From Alphaproteobacteria bacterium (GTDB taxonomy: Bacteria > Pseudomonadota > Alphaproteobacteria > JAJTHO01 > CANGXP01), in NCBI GenBank assembly GCA_947457935.1, contig CANGXP010000005.1:2511-66510 (forward strand): a stretch of 64,000 nucleotides of DNA, given 5' to 3'. Position numbers and translations under genes: made by a program. Each line of letters starts with the position of its first letter. The stretch's first letter is position 1. Below are positions 41,722-51,250 of the stretch, in pieces. The notes below the pieces were generated by a model. It worked only from the letters and a program-made list of their open reading frames with translations. It was not told the origin of the DNA and did not search any database.

Positions 41722-42186
41722 TTAGAATTGCCGCCGCCGATTCTGCTCTTGCACTTGCATTCGCACCGTCTCGCATTCTTGCTCAGAAATAAGCAATAAC
41801 CCTGAAATACGACGAATTATCGCTACTTCTTCAGGATCAGAAAAGGCATCGGCTTGCACCACGCCCCACACCATCTCCAGAATTTTCAATCGCCCTGCAG
41901 GATCAAAATTATCTTTCAGAATTTTAACACAATCATAAAAATGATCAGGATTTTGCAATGCCCCATCGGCTCCTTGCAGGAAATGCGCTGCTTGCGCCCG
42001 TGTGCAGCCAAGTTTCTGCTCTAAATACCCAAGGATTTTTTGCTGAACAACAGCTTCCAAAATACCGTTCACCAATGCTGTATCCAGCAATAATGTTGCA
42101 AGTGCAATCGGCACAATCTCCGCTTCATTTACAGGAGGGTGCTCTTCATCGCCTTTACCCGATTTTCCAAACCCGAATAGTCCCAT
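41722..42186 (-). CDS. TerB-like domain protein
   Basis: LEMVWGVVQADAFSDPEEVAIIRRISGLLLISEQE resembles the TerB/DjlA N-terminal helical fold. Confidence 0.5.
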   Translation of the reverse strand: MGLFGFGKSGKGDEEHPPVNEAEIVPIALATLLLDTALVNGILEAVVQQKILGYLEQKLGCTRAQAAHFLQGADGALQNPDHFYDCVKILKDNFDPAGRLKILEMVWGVVQADAFSDPEEVAIIRRISGLLLISEQECETVRMQVQEQNRRRQF

Positions 42187-42327
42187 TATCGCCCTCTTGT
42201 TGTTATGCGAATACACTTTACTGCACTATAGACTCAAAGCGTAAACAAACTCTCTTCAATAATCAAGAAAAAGGCTGTAGACTACTATGCTTGCTCTGTT
42301 GATACAGCATAGGAAACGGAACACACG

Positions 42328-43773
42328 ATGATGCACTATACTTTACTATTGGGAAAAAACATTCAACCATGGCAGTGCCATACAGTTGCGCATGCACGCG
42401 ATATTTATAACAGCATTTATAACACCCCCACGCCAAACATTGCGCCCCCAAAATGGCAAGCGATGCTTGAGAATACTTTATTTAAATATCGTGCTCCACA
42501 CATTCCCTCTATTCCCCTTAAAAAGACAGCCATACCGCCGCAACAGAGCGGTGTTATTGATTTAACAGGCATCTCCACAACGTTACCGCACAAAAACACC
42601 CTGTTGAAGCCATTTTTTAATGGATCGTTTGATGCACAAGCGCTGCACACCAGCCTTGTGCAAGGCATAGCGCCCACTATTGGCTGGGCAATGCGTGATG
42701 CGACCGATAGCCCGTGGTATGTGCTTATTGAAGCGGACATTGCAGTAAGAGAACCCTTGGCATTGCAACCCGCACTCTCGCTCTGCGGGGAACGCTTGCA
42801 ACAGCTGTTCACACGCGGGATACAGAAGCTAAATACAGGCTATTTGCCCACCATCCCTTTCATACCGCAAGAACAGCCTCTATCTTTTTCCTACACAACG
42901 CTCGCGCTCAAACAGCTTAAACTCAAACTGCCGCATATCGTGCACAAACTTTTTTTGCGGAGAAACCATTGGGAAATGGCAATTGCGCGGCGCGATGCAA
43001 TCACGCCTGATGCATGGCAACGTCTGATTACTCCCCGTATGCACTTTGAAGCAGATCCGTTTTTGTGGGAAGAAAACGGCAAGACGTATCTTTTTTATGA
43101 ACAAGCGGTGTACCCATGCGGCAAAGGGCGCATCGCCTATCGTGTGGTTGCCGATGATGGCACGGCAAGCGAACCCGTGGTCGCCTTAGAACGCCCCTAT
43201 CACTTTTCTTATCCGCATTTATTTCGCTATAATGATACAACCCATATACTTCCTGAAAGCCGCGCTGGTAGACTAGAAATCTATAAAAGTGTTGTATTTC
43301 CTGATCATTGGGAATTAGCACACACCTTTTTTGAAGGCGTGAATGCGGCTGATTCTACCCTACATTACGATGGGCAACGCTGGTGGTTGTTTACCAACAT
43401 TGCGACAGGAGATGTCCCTAATTGGGACGAGCTGTTTTTATTTTATGCTGATAGCCCGTTTGGCGAGTGGACACCCCATCCGCAAAATCCCATCAAAGCC
43501 AGCGCAGCGGGGGCACGCATGGCGGGAAATTTGTTTAAGCAAAACGGCAACCTCATCCGCGTTGGACAAGATTGTCGTGGGGATTATGGTTTACAAGTGT
43601 TATTTTTTCGGGTGGATACCCTCACCCCTGAACAGTATGCAGAAACAGCTATCCCCTGCCCTATTACGCTGCCTAAAACGTACAAGATGGATGGCAAGAA
43701 GTTCCGCTGGCACAGCTATAGCCAATCGTCAAAATTTGTGGCAATTGATTATAATCGGGTGAAAAGGCGGTGA
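42328..43773 (+). CDS. hypothetical protein with C-terminal five-bladed beta-propeller glycoside-hydrolase-like domain
   Basis: The C-terminal ~250 aa (FEADPFLWEENGKTYLFYEQ ... RWWLFTNIATG ... NLIRVGQDCRGDYG) resemble GH43/GH130-type propellers. The N-terminal ~230 aa have no recognisable family. Confidence 0.4.
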   Translation: MMHYTLLLGKNIQPWQCHTVAHARDIYNSIYNTPTPNIAPPKWQAMLENTLFKYRAPHIPSIPLKKTAIPPQQSGVIDLTGISTTLPHKNTLLKPFFNGSFDAQALHTSLVQGIAPTIGWAMRDATDSPWYVLIEADIAVREPLALQPALSLCGERLQQLFTRGIQKLNTGYLPTIPFIPQEQPLSFSYTTLALKQLKLKLPHIVHKLFLRRNHWEMAIARRDAITPDAWQRLITPRMHFEADPFLWEENGKTYLFYEQAVYPCGKGRIAYRVVADDGTASEPVVALERPYHFSYPHLFRYNDTTHILPESRAGRLEIYKSVVFPDHWELAHTFFEGVNAADSTLHYDGQRWWLFTNIATGDVPNWDELFLFYADSPFGEWTPHPQNPIKASAAGARMAGNLFKQNGNLIRVGQDCRGDYGLQVLFFRVDTLTPEQYAETAIPCPITLPKTYKMDGKKFRWHSYSQSSKFVAIDYNRVKRR

Positions 43774-43777
43774 GGAA

Positions 43778-43812
43778 TATAGTCATTCCACTTTTAAATT
43801 GAAATGACTATA
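43778..43812. mobile_element. Core-less mini copy of the palindromic element (termini only)
   Basis: TA-TAGTCATTCCACTTTTAAATTGAAATGACTA-TA. The two terminal repeats are joined directly, with no core and intact TA flanks. Confidence 0.55.
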
Positions 43813-43822
43813 CTTGAAAAAC

Positions 43823-44365
43823 CTACAACTTCTTAAACGTAATCACCAATTCGCCCACCGTGATGTTATATTTCTTCATGCTGGTGCGGTTAATGAGGGT
43901 TTTTTCATCCATTAAGAATAGCCAGTCATCCATGGTGAGGCGGATTGTTTCGCCGCTTGCGCGTTTTGCGTCCAGAACATAACTCATGTTCACTGCATTG
44001 CCGTCTTGCGTGCCCTTGGCAATACCCACCACATCATGCGCGGTTGCAGTGAAAGTGCGATCATCTTGGAAGGTAATTGTCCACGTGCGTTGGTCTTTGC
44101 GGCCATCACTATACACAAAATCTTCTTTAAGCGTGCCAACATTGCCCTGCCAGCTACCCACCATTTTCACGGTGAAAAACAAGTCTGCCTTGCCGCTGTA
44201 ATCAAATAAAATACCGCTGGCTTCCAAGGGACCATTAAGATAATCGCGAATGTCCAATTTTGGCGTGTTTGCCGCATAATCCTTGGTGGTCATGGCGGTG
44301 GAACACCCCCCTAGTGTCAGCATTAAACCGCTGGCAATGGCGGCGATTTTTTTTCTTGTACTCAT
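43823..44365 (-). CDS. DUF3833-family lipoprotein
   Basis: Lipobox LTLGGCS. Family typical of the cyclopropane-fatty-acid-synthase-like cluster. Confidence 0.6.
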   Translation of the reverse strand: MSTRKKIAAIASGLMLTLGGCSTAMTTKDYAANTPKLDIRDYLNGPLEASGILFDYSGKADLFFTVKMVGSWQGNVGTLKEDFVYSDGRKDQRTWTITFQDDRTFTATAHDVVGIAKGTQDGNAVNMSYVLDAKRASGETIRLTMDDWLFLMDEKTLINRTSMKKYNITVGELVITFKKL

Positions 44366-44425
44366 AAATTTGCTCCTTTCTGTTGTGGTTGCAGATGTGC
44401 GTTTCATCTTAAAACGAGAATAAAA

Positions 44426-45685
44426 TTATTTTTTCTCTATCGGACTCAACACTAAAGTAAGTAGAGCAAGAACCTTAAAAGTACAGGGCAATACCGCATA
44501 ACTGAGTTGCAACGCATGAATACTGCCCCCATCAGTGCTTTGTGTGCCTGTGTAACCCAACATGCCCAAAGCGGGAAGCGCAATGCCCGCCGCCAACGCC
44601 AGTGTGAATTTACTGATAAAATTCCACACGCCGAACGCCAAGCCGCCCTGCTCTTTATCGTCTTGCAGTGTATCTGCCAATAGCGAGGGCAATAAGGCTA
44701 AATCCCCGCCCAATGCTGCCCCTGACGCAATGCAAATCACAAAAAATGGTAGCGTATCCCCTGCCCCCAAAAAATATGCCCAAACAAAGGAGATAATCGC
44801 AAGGCTCATCGCGCCCATCAACGCCCGCTTTTTGCCAATTTTACGGCTTAACTTTGCCCACAACGGCATGGCGCACATTGCCGCCAGAAAATACACCAGC
44901 AAAAATGCGCCACTCATCGCTTCTGCTTGCAAGACAGAGGCGGCAAAGAACAAAAATAACGTGGCGGTAATTGACGGCGGAATGGCATTCAGCAAAAACA
45001 CGCCAAACACCCAGCGCAGCGGGCGATTCGCCCATATTTTTTTCCACGCGCCCGTTGAAACGTCTGTGTTATCCCCTGCTATCGCAGTTATTTTCTTCAA
45101 CAACGGAGAAAAAGCAAACACACCCACCGCCAACACCCCCACAAACACAAGGCTAAACAGGTGATAGGCTGCTTGTTGCGGCATTTTCGTGATTAGCACT
45201 TGCGGCAAAATGGAGGCAACCAACACCCCGATAATAATCGCTGTTTCCCGCCATGCCGATACACGGGTTGTTTGCGTGGCATCCGCCGCCAAGGGTAATC
45301 CCGCTGCATAATAGTTAATACTCAACACACTATAGGCGATGTAGGTGCAACTCATCCCCAAGCCCAGCAAAACCGCCGCATTCCCCGCCGTTGCAAAACT
45401 TGGCAAGTAGAACAAAAATAGCACACCCAACGCCAACACGGGCACACTACCCAACATAATTTGCTTGCGGCGATGCGGATAGGCATCCGACATCCTACCA
45501 ATTAGCGGATCAAGAAAGCAATCGAGCAGCCGTGTGATAAATAGCAAGGTGCCCAGCAAGGCGAGGCTGAGCGGCAAGGTATCTGCATAGTATTTCGGCA
45601 GATGAACATAGAGCGGCAAGCCCACAAATCCTAGGGGAATGCCAAGGGCGGCGTAGCGTGTGAGGGGGGGATGTTGGGTTGTCAT
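44426..45685 (-). CDS. MFS-type transporter (glycoside-pentoside-hexuronide-like)
   Basis: 12 predicted TM helices. Conserved cluster position. Confidence 0.7.
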   Translation of the reverse strand: MTTQHPPLTRYAALGIPLGFVGLPLYVHLPKYYADTLPLSLALLGTLLFITRLLDCFLDPLIGRMSDAYPHRRKQIMLGSVPVLALGVLFLFYLPSFATAGNAAVLLGLGMSCTYIAYSVLSINYYAAGLPLAADATQTTRVSAWRETAIIIGVLVASILPQVLITKMPQQAAYHLFSLVFVGVLAVGVFAFSPLLKKITAIAGDNTDVSTGAWKKIWANRPLRWVFGVFLLNAIPPSITATLFLFFAASVLQAEAMSGAFLLVYFLAAMCAMPLWAKLSRKIGKKRALMGAMSLAIISFVWAYFLGAGDTLPFFVICIASGAALGGDLALLPSLLADTLQDDKEQGGLAFGVWNFISKFTLALAAGIALPALGMLGYTGTQSTDGGSIHALQLSYAVLPCTFKVLALLTLVLSPIEKK

Positions 45686-45836
45686 GGTGTACGGCTAGGA
45701 AAGTTAGAGGGAGGAATGACGGCGGCGCGGCGCAAAATCTTCGATTTTGAAAACGAGCCTTAAGAAGGTGTTGCAGCACAGATGAGGTAATCGTTTGGCT
45801 CGTTTGCGGGACGGAGTCCCGCCGCGCCGCGCCTAT

Positions 45837-46370
45837 CTACAACCCCAACAATTTCTTCCGTAACTTCGGCTCAGACGTTTTTTCGCCTAACCAAATATCG
45901 AAAAATCGTTGCGAAAGAGTTTTATCGGTAATGGCGCCCGTTTCCTCGCCATTGTGATAGAACGTTGTCACGCCACTCGGTTGATAAACAGCGGTGATCG
46001 TATCGTTTTCTGCCACATCAGGGAAACTTGCCTCTAGGGCAATGGTAAGATTTTTGCGCTCATCGGCGGTCAATTTTTGCTGACCATCCATTTCTTTCAA
46101 AGTACGTTCAATCAAATCTGTTTTCGAAAAATCCATTTCGTATTTGATGCGCAACGCAAACGGCACATCGTAAGACCATGCACCTGCATCACACCATAAC
46201 TCAGCCGTATAAGCATCAAACATCAACCATGAGAGCTGTCCTGTTCCTAGAGGCTTTTCGCTGGTGAATTGGTCGTCAATTTCTGCTGGCGGACTTGCGA
46301 TAGCAGACACAGATGTGAGCAAAGCAACACCCAATGCCACCACAAAACTCTTCGCGCCTCTCGCCTTCAT
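45837..46370 (-). CDS. Chalcone-isomerase-like secreted protein
   Basis: Signal peptide. Family co-occurring in the conserved lipid cluster. Confidence 0.5.
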   Translation of the reverse strand: MKARGAKSFVVALGVALLTSVSAIASPPAEIDDQFTSEKPLGTGQLSWLMFDAYTAELWCDAGAWSYDVPFALRIKYEMDFSKTDLIERTLKEMDGQQKLTADERKNLTIALEASFPDVAENDTITAVYQPSGVTTFYHNGEETGAITDKTLSQRFFDIWLGEKTSEPKLRKKLLGL

Positions 46371-46383
46371 ACTCTCGCCTCTC

Positions 46384-47553
46384 CTACGCATGAACCAACT
46401 CCACCTGCATGACATCCGTTCTGCTACACGCAAACGACGCGGCGCACATCGCTAAATACAGCCGCCAACTGCGCAAAAATGGCTCGTCATAGCCCAGCGC
46501 CCGAATGGCTGTCTCTGCCTTATTGAACGACACAAGCCATTCTCTCAATGTGCGGGCATAATCTTGCCCGAATAAGAATACCTCACGGCACGCAAGCCCC
46601 GCTTTTTCTGCCTGTGCCTTAAACCGTTCAACGGACGGTAACAATCCCCCTGGAAAAACATAATGGCGAATGTAATCGCCCCGCTTGGTATAGCCCTTAA
46701 ACAGCGCGTCTTGAATGGTGATGGTTTGAATCATCGCCACACCATCGTCTTGCAAGGAATTCTTGAGGGTTTGAAAGTATTGCGGCCAATATTTTTTACC
46801 AACCGCCTCAAACATTTCGATGGAGGCTATCGCCGAAAACTTGCCCGACAACCGCCGATAGTCTTTGAGTTGAATGTCTGCCTTGTTGCCCAATCGCTCA
46901 CTAGCAAAGGCATGTTGCTGTTTGGAAATAGTAATTCCTGTAACATGATGCCCGTTCGCCGCCGCTTCTTCTGCAAAACCGCCCCATCCACAGCCAATTT
47001 CCAAGATATTTTCCCGTCCGCTACCAATTTTTTGCAAAAGTCGTTGATATTTCTGCTTTTGCGCCCGTTCTAGCGAGGTGTTATCATTGACAAAATAAGC
47101 GGATGAATAGGTCATCGACGGGTCAAGCCAGAGTTTGTAAAACGCATTCCCCACATCATAATGCTGGCGAATGTTGCGCGTGCTGCCTTTGACGCTGTTG
47201 CGGCGGAACACATTGTTGACGAGCGCGAAAATAATCTTGCTCATAAAATGCCCGTGGGCATAACGTTCGAGGTATTCCATGTTTTCAATAAACGAGGTGA
47301 AAAGCACCTCCAAATCGGGGGTATCCCACAGTCCTGCCGTGTAGGTCTCACCTAAGCCAATATCACCGCGGCTGCCAATTGCCCAATAGGTTTCGGCGTT
47401 GTGGATTGTCCACGCGGCATCCACCCCCGCTGTTTCGCCTTTAAAAACATGGATTTCGCCTGATGGCATGGTGAGGGTGAGTGTACCAATACGAATCCCT
47501 TTTTCTAAGGTCGCAAGGAATTCATGTTCAATTAATTTAGTCTTTAGTGTCAT
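46384..47553 (-). CDS. Cyclopropane-fatty-acyl-phospholipid synthase family methyltransferase
   Basis: SAM motif ILEIGCGWGGFAEEAA. Family length and C-terminal region. Confidence 0.85.
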   Translation of the reverse strand: MTLKTKLIEHEFLATLEKGIRIGTLTLTMPSGEIHVFKGETAGVDAAWTIHNAETYWAIGSRGDIGLGETYTAGLWDTPDLEVLFTSFIENMEYLERYAHGHFMSKIIFALVNNVFRRNSVKGSTRNIRQHYDVGNAFYKLWLDPSMTYSSAYFVNDNTSLERAQKQKYQRLLQKIGSGRENILEIGCGWGGFAEEAAANGHHVTGITISKQQHAFASERLGNKADIQLKDYRRLSGKFSAIASIEMFEAVGKKYWPQYFQTLKNSLQDDGVAMIQTITIQDALFKGYTKRGDYIRHYVFPGGLLPSVERFKAQAEKAGLACREVFLFGQDYARTLREWLVSFNKAETAIRALGYDEPFLRSWRLYLAMCAASFACSRTDVMQVELVHA

Positions 47554-47554
47554 G

Positions 47555-48313
47555 TTAGGTAATAAACTCTTCTGGTGGCACGGGGGGTTTACGACGATAT
47601 TGTATCCCCTTGCGTACCAATTTCAATGCTTGAAAATGAATTAGAGCGATAACCTTAATTGTCACGAGCGGATAGCGAAAAAAACAGGCAAGTAACTTTT
47701 TTGTGGTGTAGGGATGCCTATTGCCGATGAGCGAGGTGGTCAGAATTTTCTCCTTATTCTCATAATAATCAATCCATACTGCGATTGTATTCGTGCTATA
47801 CGCAAAGCGAAAATGATAGTCTCCGCGCACGGGCAGAAACGGGGAAACGTGCATCACTTTTGTTGCAAACAGCCAATCTTGCGCTGTTATCACACGATTA
47901 TCTTCATGATGACACAAATAACAATGCTTTTCGCCAAAGGTGTTGGAAACTTCAGCTAGTACGGCACGGAGATTGCCTTCCACGTCTAAGCAAAACCAGA
48001 AACTTACAGGATTAAAGGCATAGCCCAACACCCGTGGCAGGGTGAGGAGCACAATCTCCCCGTCTGCTTCGTGAATATTGCGCCGCTGCAACAGGGTTTT
48101 TATCCATATTTCTGGTGAGGTTTTGCCGTCACCATAATTCTTTTCATGGATGCTAAACAGGTTAAACTTACCCAGAGAAAATATTGAATTCTTGAGATTT
48201 TTCCATGCAGATAGGGCAAAACAGAGGTAATACACCTTATAATGAAACGCGTTGCGTTTGGGCGACAGGCGGGCGTGCGCAACGTCCGCGATGAGGAGGG
48301 ATTTATTAATCAC
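47555..48313 (-). CDS. DUF1365-family protein
   Basis: Typical N-terminus (HARLSPKRNAFHYKVYYL). 2-nt spacing to the CFA-synthase gene. Confidence 0.7.
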   Translation of the reverse strand: MINKSLLIADVAHARLSPKRNAFHYKVYYLCFALSAWKNLKNSIFSLGKFNLFSIHEKNYGDGKTSPEIWIKTLLQRRNIHEADGEIVLLTLPRVLGYAFNPVSFWFCLDVEGNLRAVLAEVSNTFGEKHCYLCHHEDNRVITAQDWLFATKVMHVSPFLPVRGDYHFRFAYSTNTIAVWIDYYENKEKILTTSLIGNRHPYTTKKLLACFFRYPLVTIKVIALIHFQALKLVRKGIQYRRKPPVPPEEFIT

Positions 48314-48320
48314 TGATTAA

Positions 48321-49583
48321 TTATCCTTGCCGCCATGATGGCACAACTCCTAAGGATTCTGCTACTTTCACCGCACTTTGTAAGCCATCTTCATGGAAAC
48401 CATAGCGTTGATACGCGCCGCAAAACCAGATATTCCGCACGCCTTGGATGGTGGGGATTTGTGCTTGCGCTGCAATCGCCGCGCGGGTGAAAATGGGATG
48501 CGTGAAGGTGTGACGCTCAAAGATTTTATCTTCTGCAATGGAGGAAAGCGGATTAAGCGTCACGAACAACGGTGTTTTTTTGTTAATGTTCTGCAAGTTG
48601 TTCATCCAATAACTCACAGAAACTTTTTGATTTTTCGTGCGCGTATCTATCGCATATACCCAACTTGCCCAACAGCGTTTGCGTTTTGGCATCACAGATT
48701 TATCCCTGTGCAACACCATCGTGTTTATTTCATATTGGAATGCCCCTAAAACGCTTTGTTCTTCAGGAGTTGCATCTGTTAACATTTGCAACACTTCATC
48801 GGCGTGCGCCGCAAAGATAACGTGATCATAAAGGTGCGTCACCCCCGTTGTATCGGTTACAGCAACACGTTCTCCTTGTTGTTCAACACGCTGCACGGCA
48901 CTGTTAAGGCGCGGCGTTGTACCCAAAGCCGCAACCACGCGGCTAACATATTCCCGACTGCCGCCTGTCACCGTATACCACTGATGCTGCCCATCTAACG
49001 ACAACAACCCATGATTCTGGAAAAACTGAATAAACGTGCGGGCAGGAAACGCGAGGATTTGTGCGGCAGAACAACTCCAAATCGCCGCCCCCATCGGTAA
49101 AATGAACTTTTCAGCAAAGGCTTTGCCCAGATTAAGGTCACGCAACAGGTCGCCTAGAGTCAGGGTTTCAGGCGCATCACGGTAGGCAGGGGCTTTTTTA
49201 AAGAACTTCCGCACATCCAGCAAAATCTTATAAAATGACGGCTTAAAGATGTTGCGCCGCTGCCCAAACATGCTGCTAAGATTCATTGCCGCCCATTCAA
49301 ACGCCCCGCCATTCTGCGTGAACCCGAAAGACATAGTGCTTTCTTCAATGGGCACATTAAGTTTTTTGAATAAGCCCTTGAGTTCAGGATAATTCACGTT
49401 ATTATAGACAATAAATCCTGTATCAACAGGAATAGTCACCCCATCATAATTCACGTCCCGTGTGCGGGCATGTCCGCCCACATACTCATTCTTTTCATAG
49501 AGGGTGACACTGTATTTTTCGCGCAGTAAATAAGCCGCGCCTAATCCCGAAATGCCACTACCGATAATTGCTACGTTTTTCAT
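48321..49583 (-). CDS. FAD-dependent oxidoreductase (amine-oxidase-like)
   Basis: Dinucleotide-binding motif VAIIGSGISGLGAAYLL ... EKNEYVGGHA. Confidence 0.8.
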   Translation of the reverse strand: MKNVAIIGSGISGLGAAYLLREKYSVTLYEKNEYVGGHARTRDVNYDGVTIPVDTGFIVYNNVNYPELKGLFKKLNVPIEESTMSFGFTQNGGAFEWAAMNLSSMFGQRRNIFKPSFYKILLDVRKFFKKAPAYRDAPETLTLGDLLRDLNLGKAFAEKFILPMGAAIWSCSAAQILAFPARTFIQFFQNHGLLSLDGQHQWYTVTGGSREYVSRVVAALGTTPRLNSAVQRVEQQGERVAVTDTTGVTHLYDHVIFAAHADEVLQMLTDATPEEQSVLGAFQYEINTMVLHRDKSVMPKRKRCWASWVYAIDTRTKNQKVSVSYWMNNLQNINKKTPLFVTLNPLSSIAEDKIFERHTFTHPIFTRAAIAAQAQIPTIQGVRNIWFCGAYQRYGFHEDGLQSAVKVAESLGVVPSWRQG

Positions 49584-49688
49584 GGAGCTTAAGATAAGGC
49601 TTTTGCGTGGTTTGCCAAGGGGAAAGTATCCGTTGCAATTCCTTCCATTATGTGATACATATAAAAGTACATACATTCATTCATACAT

Positions 49689-49931
49689 ATGGCGCAACTC
49701 ATGGATACACTCACCACAAAAGTCTTTCAAAGCGGCGGCAGCCAAGCGGTGCGCTTGCCTAAAGAATTTCGCTTTATAGGAGAGGAAGTTTTTATCTCGC
49801 GTGATGGCGAGAAAGTTATCTTATCTGCCAAGCCCCCCTCATGGGATAGCTATTTTTCTCAAGCGACTCTTGCGCCCGATGATTTCATGGCTGGCGTGGA
49901 AGACTTACCGCCTCAAACACGGTCTTTTTAA
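49689..49931 (+). CDS. vapB: AbrB/SpoVT-type antitoxin VapB
   Basis: [18 protein letters not shown] swapped-hairpin motif. TAATG coupling to vapC. Confidence 0.7.
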   Translation: MAQLMDTLTTKVFQSGGSQAVRLPKEFRFIGEEVFISRDGEKVILSAKPPSWDSYFSQATLAPDDFMAGVEDLPPQTRSF

Positions 49932-50338
49932 TGCGATACCTACTTGACACAGATACCTGCAGCTACATCATGCGGCAAAAACCCCCTGCCGTTTGGCAAC
50001 GCTTGAATCAGATTGGCGTGGGCAATGTTGCCATATCCGTAATGACGGTTGCAGAACTACGGTTTGGTGTGGAAAAACTGCATAGCACACACTTTACACA
50101 ACGGGCAGTGGATGATTTTATTCGGTATTGTAGCGTTTTATCGTGGGAGGAGAGCATTACCCCTATTTATGCTCAACTTCGCCATTTTCTTGACCAGCAA
50201 GGCACGCCCATTGGCAACATGGATTTACTCATTGCCGCCCATGCCCTACAACAAAACTGTATTCTTGTTACCAATAATACGCGTCATTTTTCCCGTGTGC
50301 CGAACTTAACAATCGAGAATTGGACAACGATTAATTAA
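49931..50338 (+). CDS. vapC: PIN-domain toxin VapC
   Basis: [14 protein letters not shown] ... conserved acidic residues. 135 aa. Confidence 0.75.
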   Translation: MRYLLDTDTCSYIMRQKPPAVWQRLNQIGVGNVAISVMTVAELRFGVEKLHSTHFTQRAVDDFIRYCSVLSWEESITPIYAQLRHFLDQQGTPIGNMDLLIAAHALQQNCILVTNNTRHFSRVPNLTIENWTTIN

Positions 50339-50349
50339 AAACAGCGCTG

Positions 50350-51123
50350 TCATTTTTTATTTACAAAATTCTTCAATCGCTTTACACGACGACGCACCAC
50401 CCTATCGCGCTCTAAAGGCTTAACGCTTAACGCAATAAGATACACCGCTGGCGCAACCACCGCCCAAAACCCCACCGTGTGAAACAGTATTGTCCCCGCA
50501 ATACCCCCGCCAATAAACGCCCCAATAAGAAGGATATGCAAGCAGAGTCGCTGTTTATTTGCAGCATAGATTGCTTGCTGGGGATCGTGTCTGAAAAAAC
50601 AGGCGCGTGCAAGCGCAATGCCTATATCCGTTGTCATGCCTGTAATATGCGTGGTGCGAATACGCGCTTCCGAAATTTTGGTAATCACCGCATTTTGTAG
50701 CCCCATAAGAAAACACAAGCTCGCAACCACCCAAATGCTATGCGATACTGTGGTTTCGCCCTGCCCCCAAACAATCCCTGCGAGGATTAACAATAGCAAA
50801 GCCTCTAACAACAGCGGCAACGCATACACACCTTGAATTCTGTGTCGCTTCCCCCACAATACCAACACCGTGCTTACAACCGCCCCGCCCACAAACGCCA
50901 CAAACCACAAGAGAAACGGCAATGCTGCGCCAAAATGCGCTTGCCCCACCAATCCTGCAAAGGAAGAGACAATGCCTGTCATATGGGAGGTATGATGCTC
51001 TACGATTAAATACCCGCCAGCATTAATCGCCCCCGCTATTGCCGCCAACGCAAGCCCCAACTGGCGATCACGCTGTTCGTCACGTATTTTACCAAGCAAT
51101 GCAGTTTTATAGGGCTTAATCAT
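50350..51123 (-). CDS. DUF1275 (YoaK-like) membrane protein
   Basis: Repeated TGN-type motifs (HMTGIVSS, THITGMTTDIG) in a six-TM protein. Confidence 0.6.
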   Translation of the reverse strand: MIKPYKTALLGKIRDEQRDRQLGLALAAIAGAINAGGYLIVEHHTSHMTGIVSSFAGLVGQAHFGAALPFLLWFVAFVGGAVVSTVLVLWGKRHRIQGVYALPLLLEALLLLILAGIVWGQGETTVSHSIWVVASLCFLMGLQNAVITKISEARIRTTHITGMTTDIGIALARACFFRHDPQQAIYAANKQRLCLHILLIGAFIGGGIAGTILFHTVGFWAVVAPAVYLIALSVKPLERDRVVRRRVKRLKNFVNKK

Positions 51124-51250
51124 AATGATCAGGGGCGTTTCAGAAAACACTTGCATCTCTTACTAAGAGGCATAAGAGAGTCGAGACGTTCTGTTTTAAT
51201 CAATGTTTCTCTATAAAGAATGAACGCCCCAACACAATGAGTCTACTCAA

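Noticed and set aside
50338-50350. GACAGCGCTGTC palindrome after vapC as terminator
   Set aside because: A perfect 12-nt palindrome without a loop. The following T-run is interrupted. Cannot be supported as a terminator.
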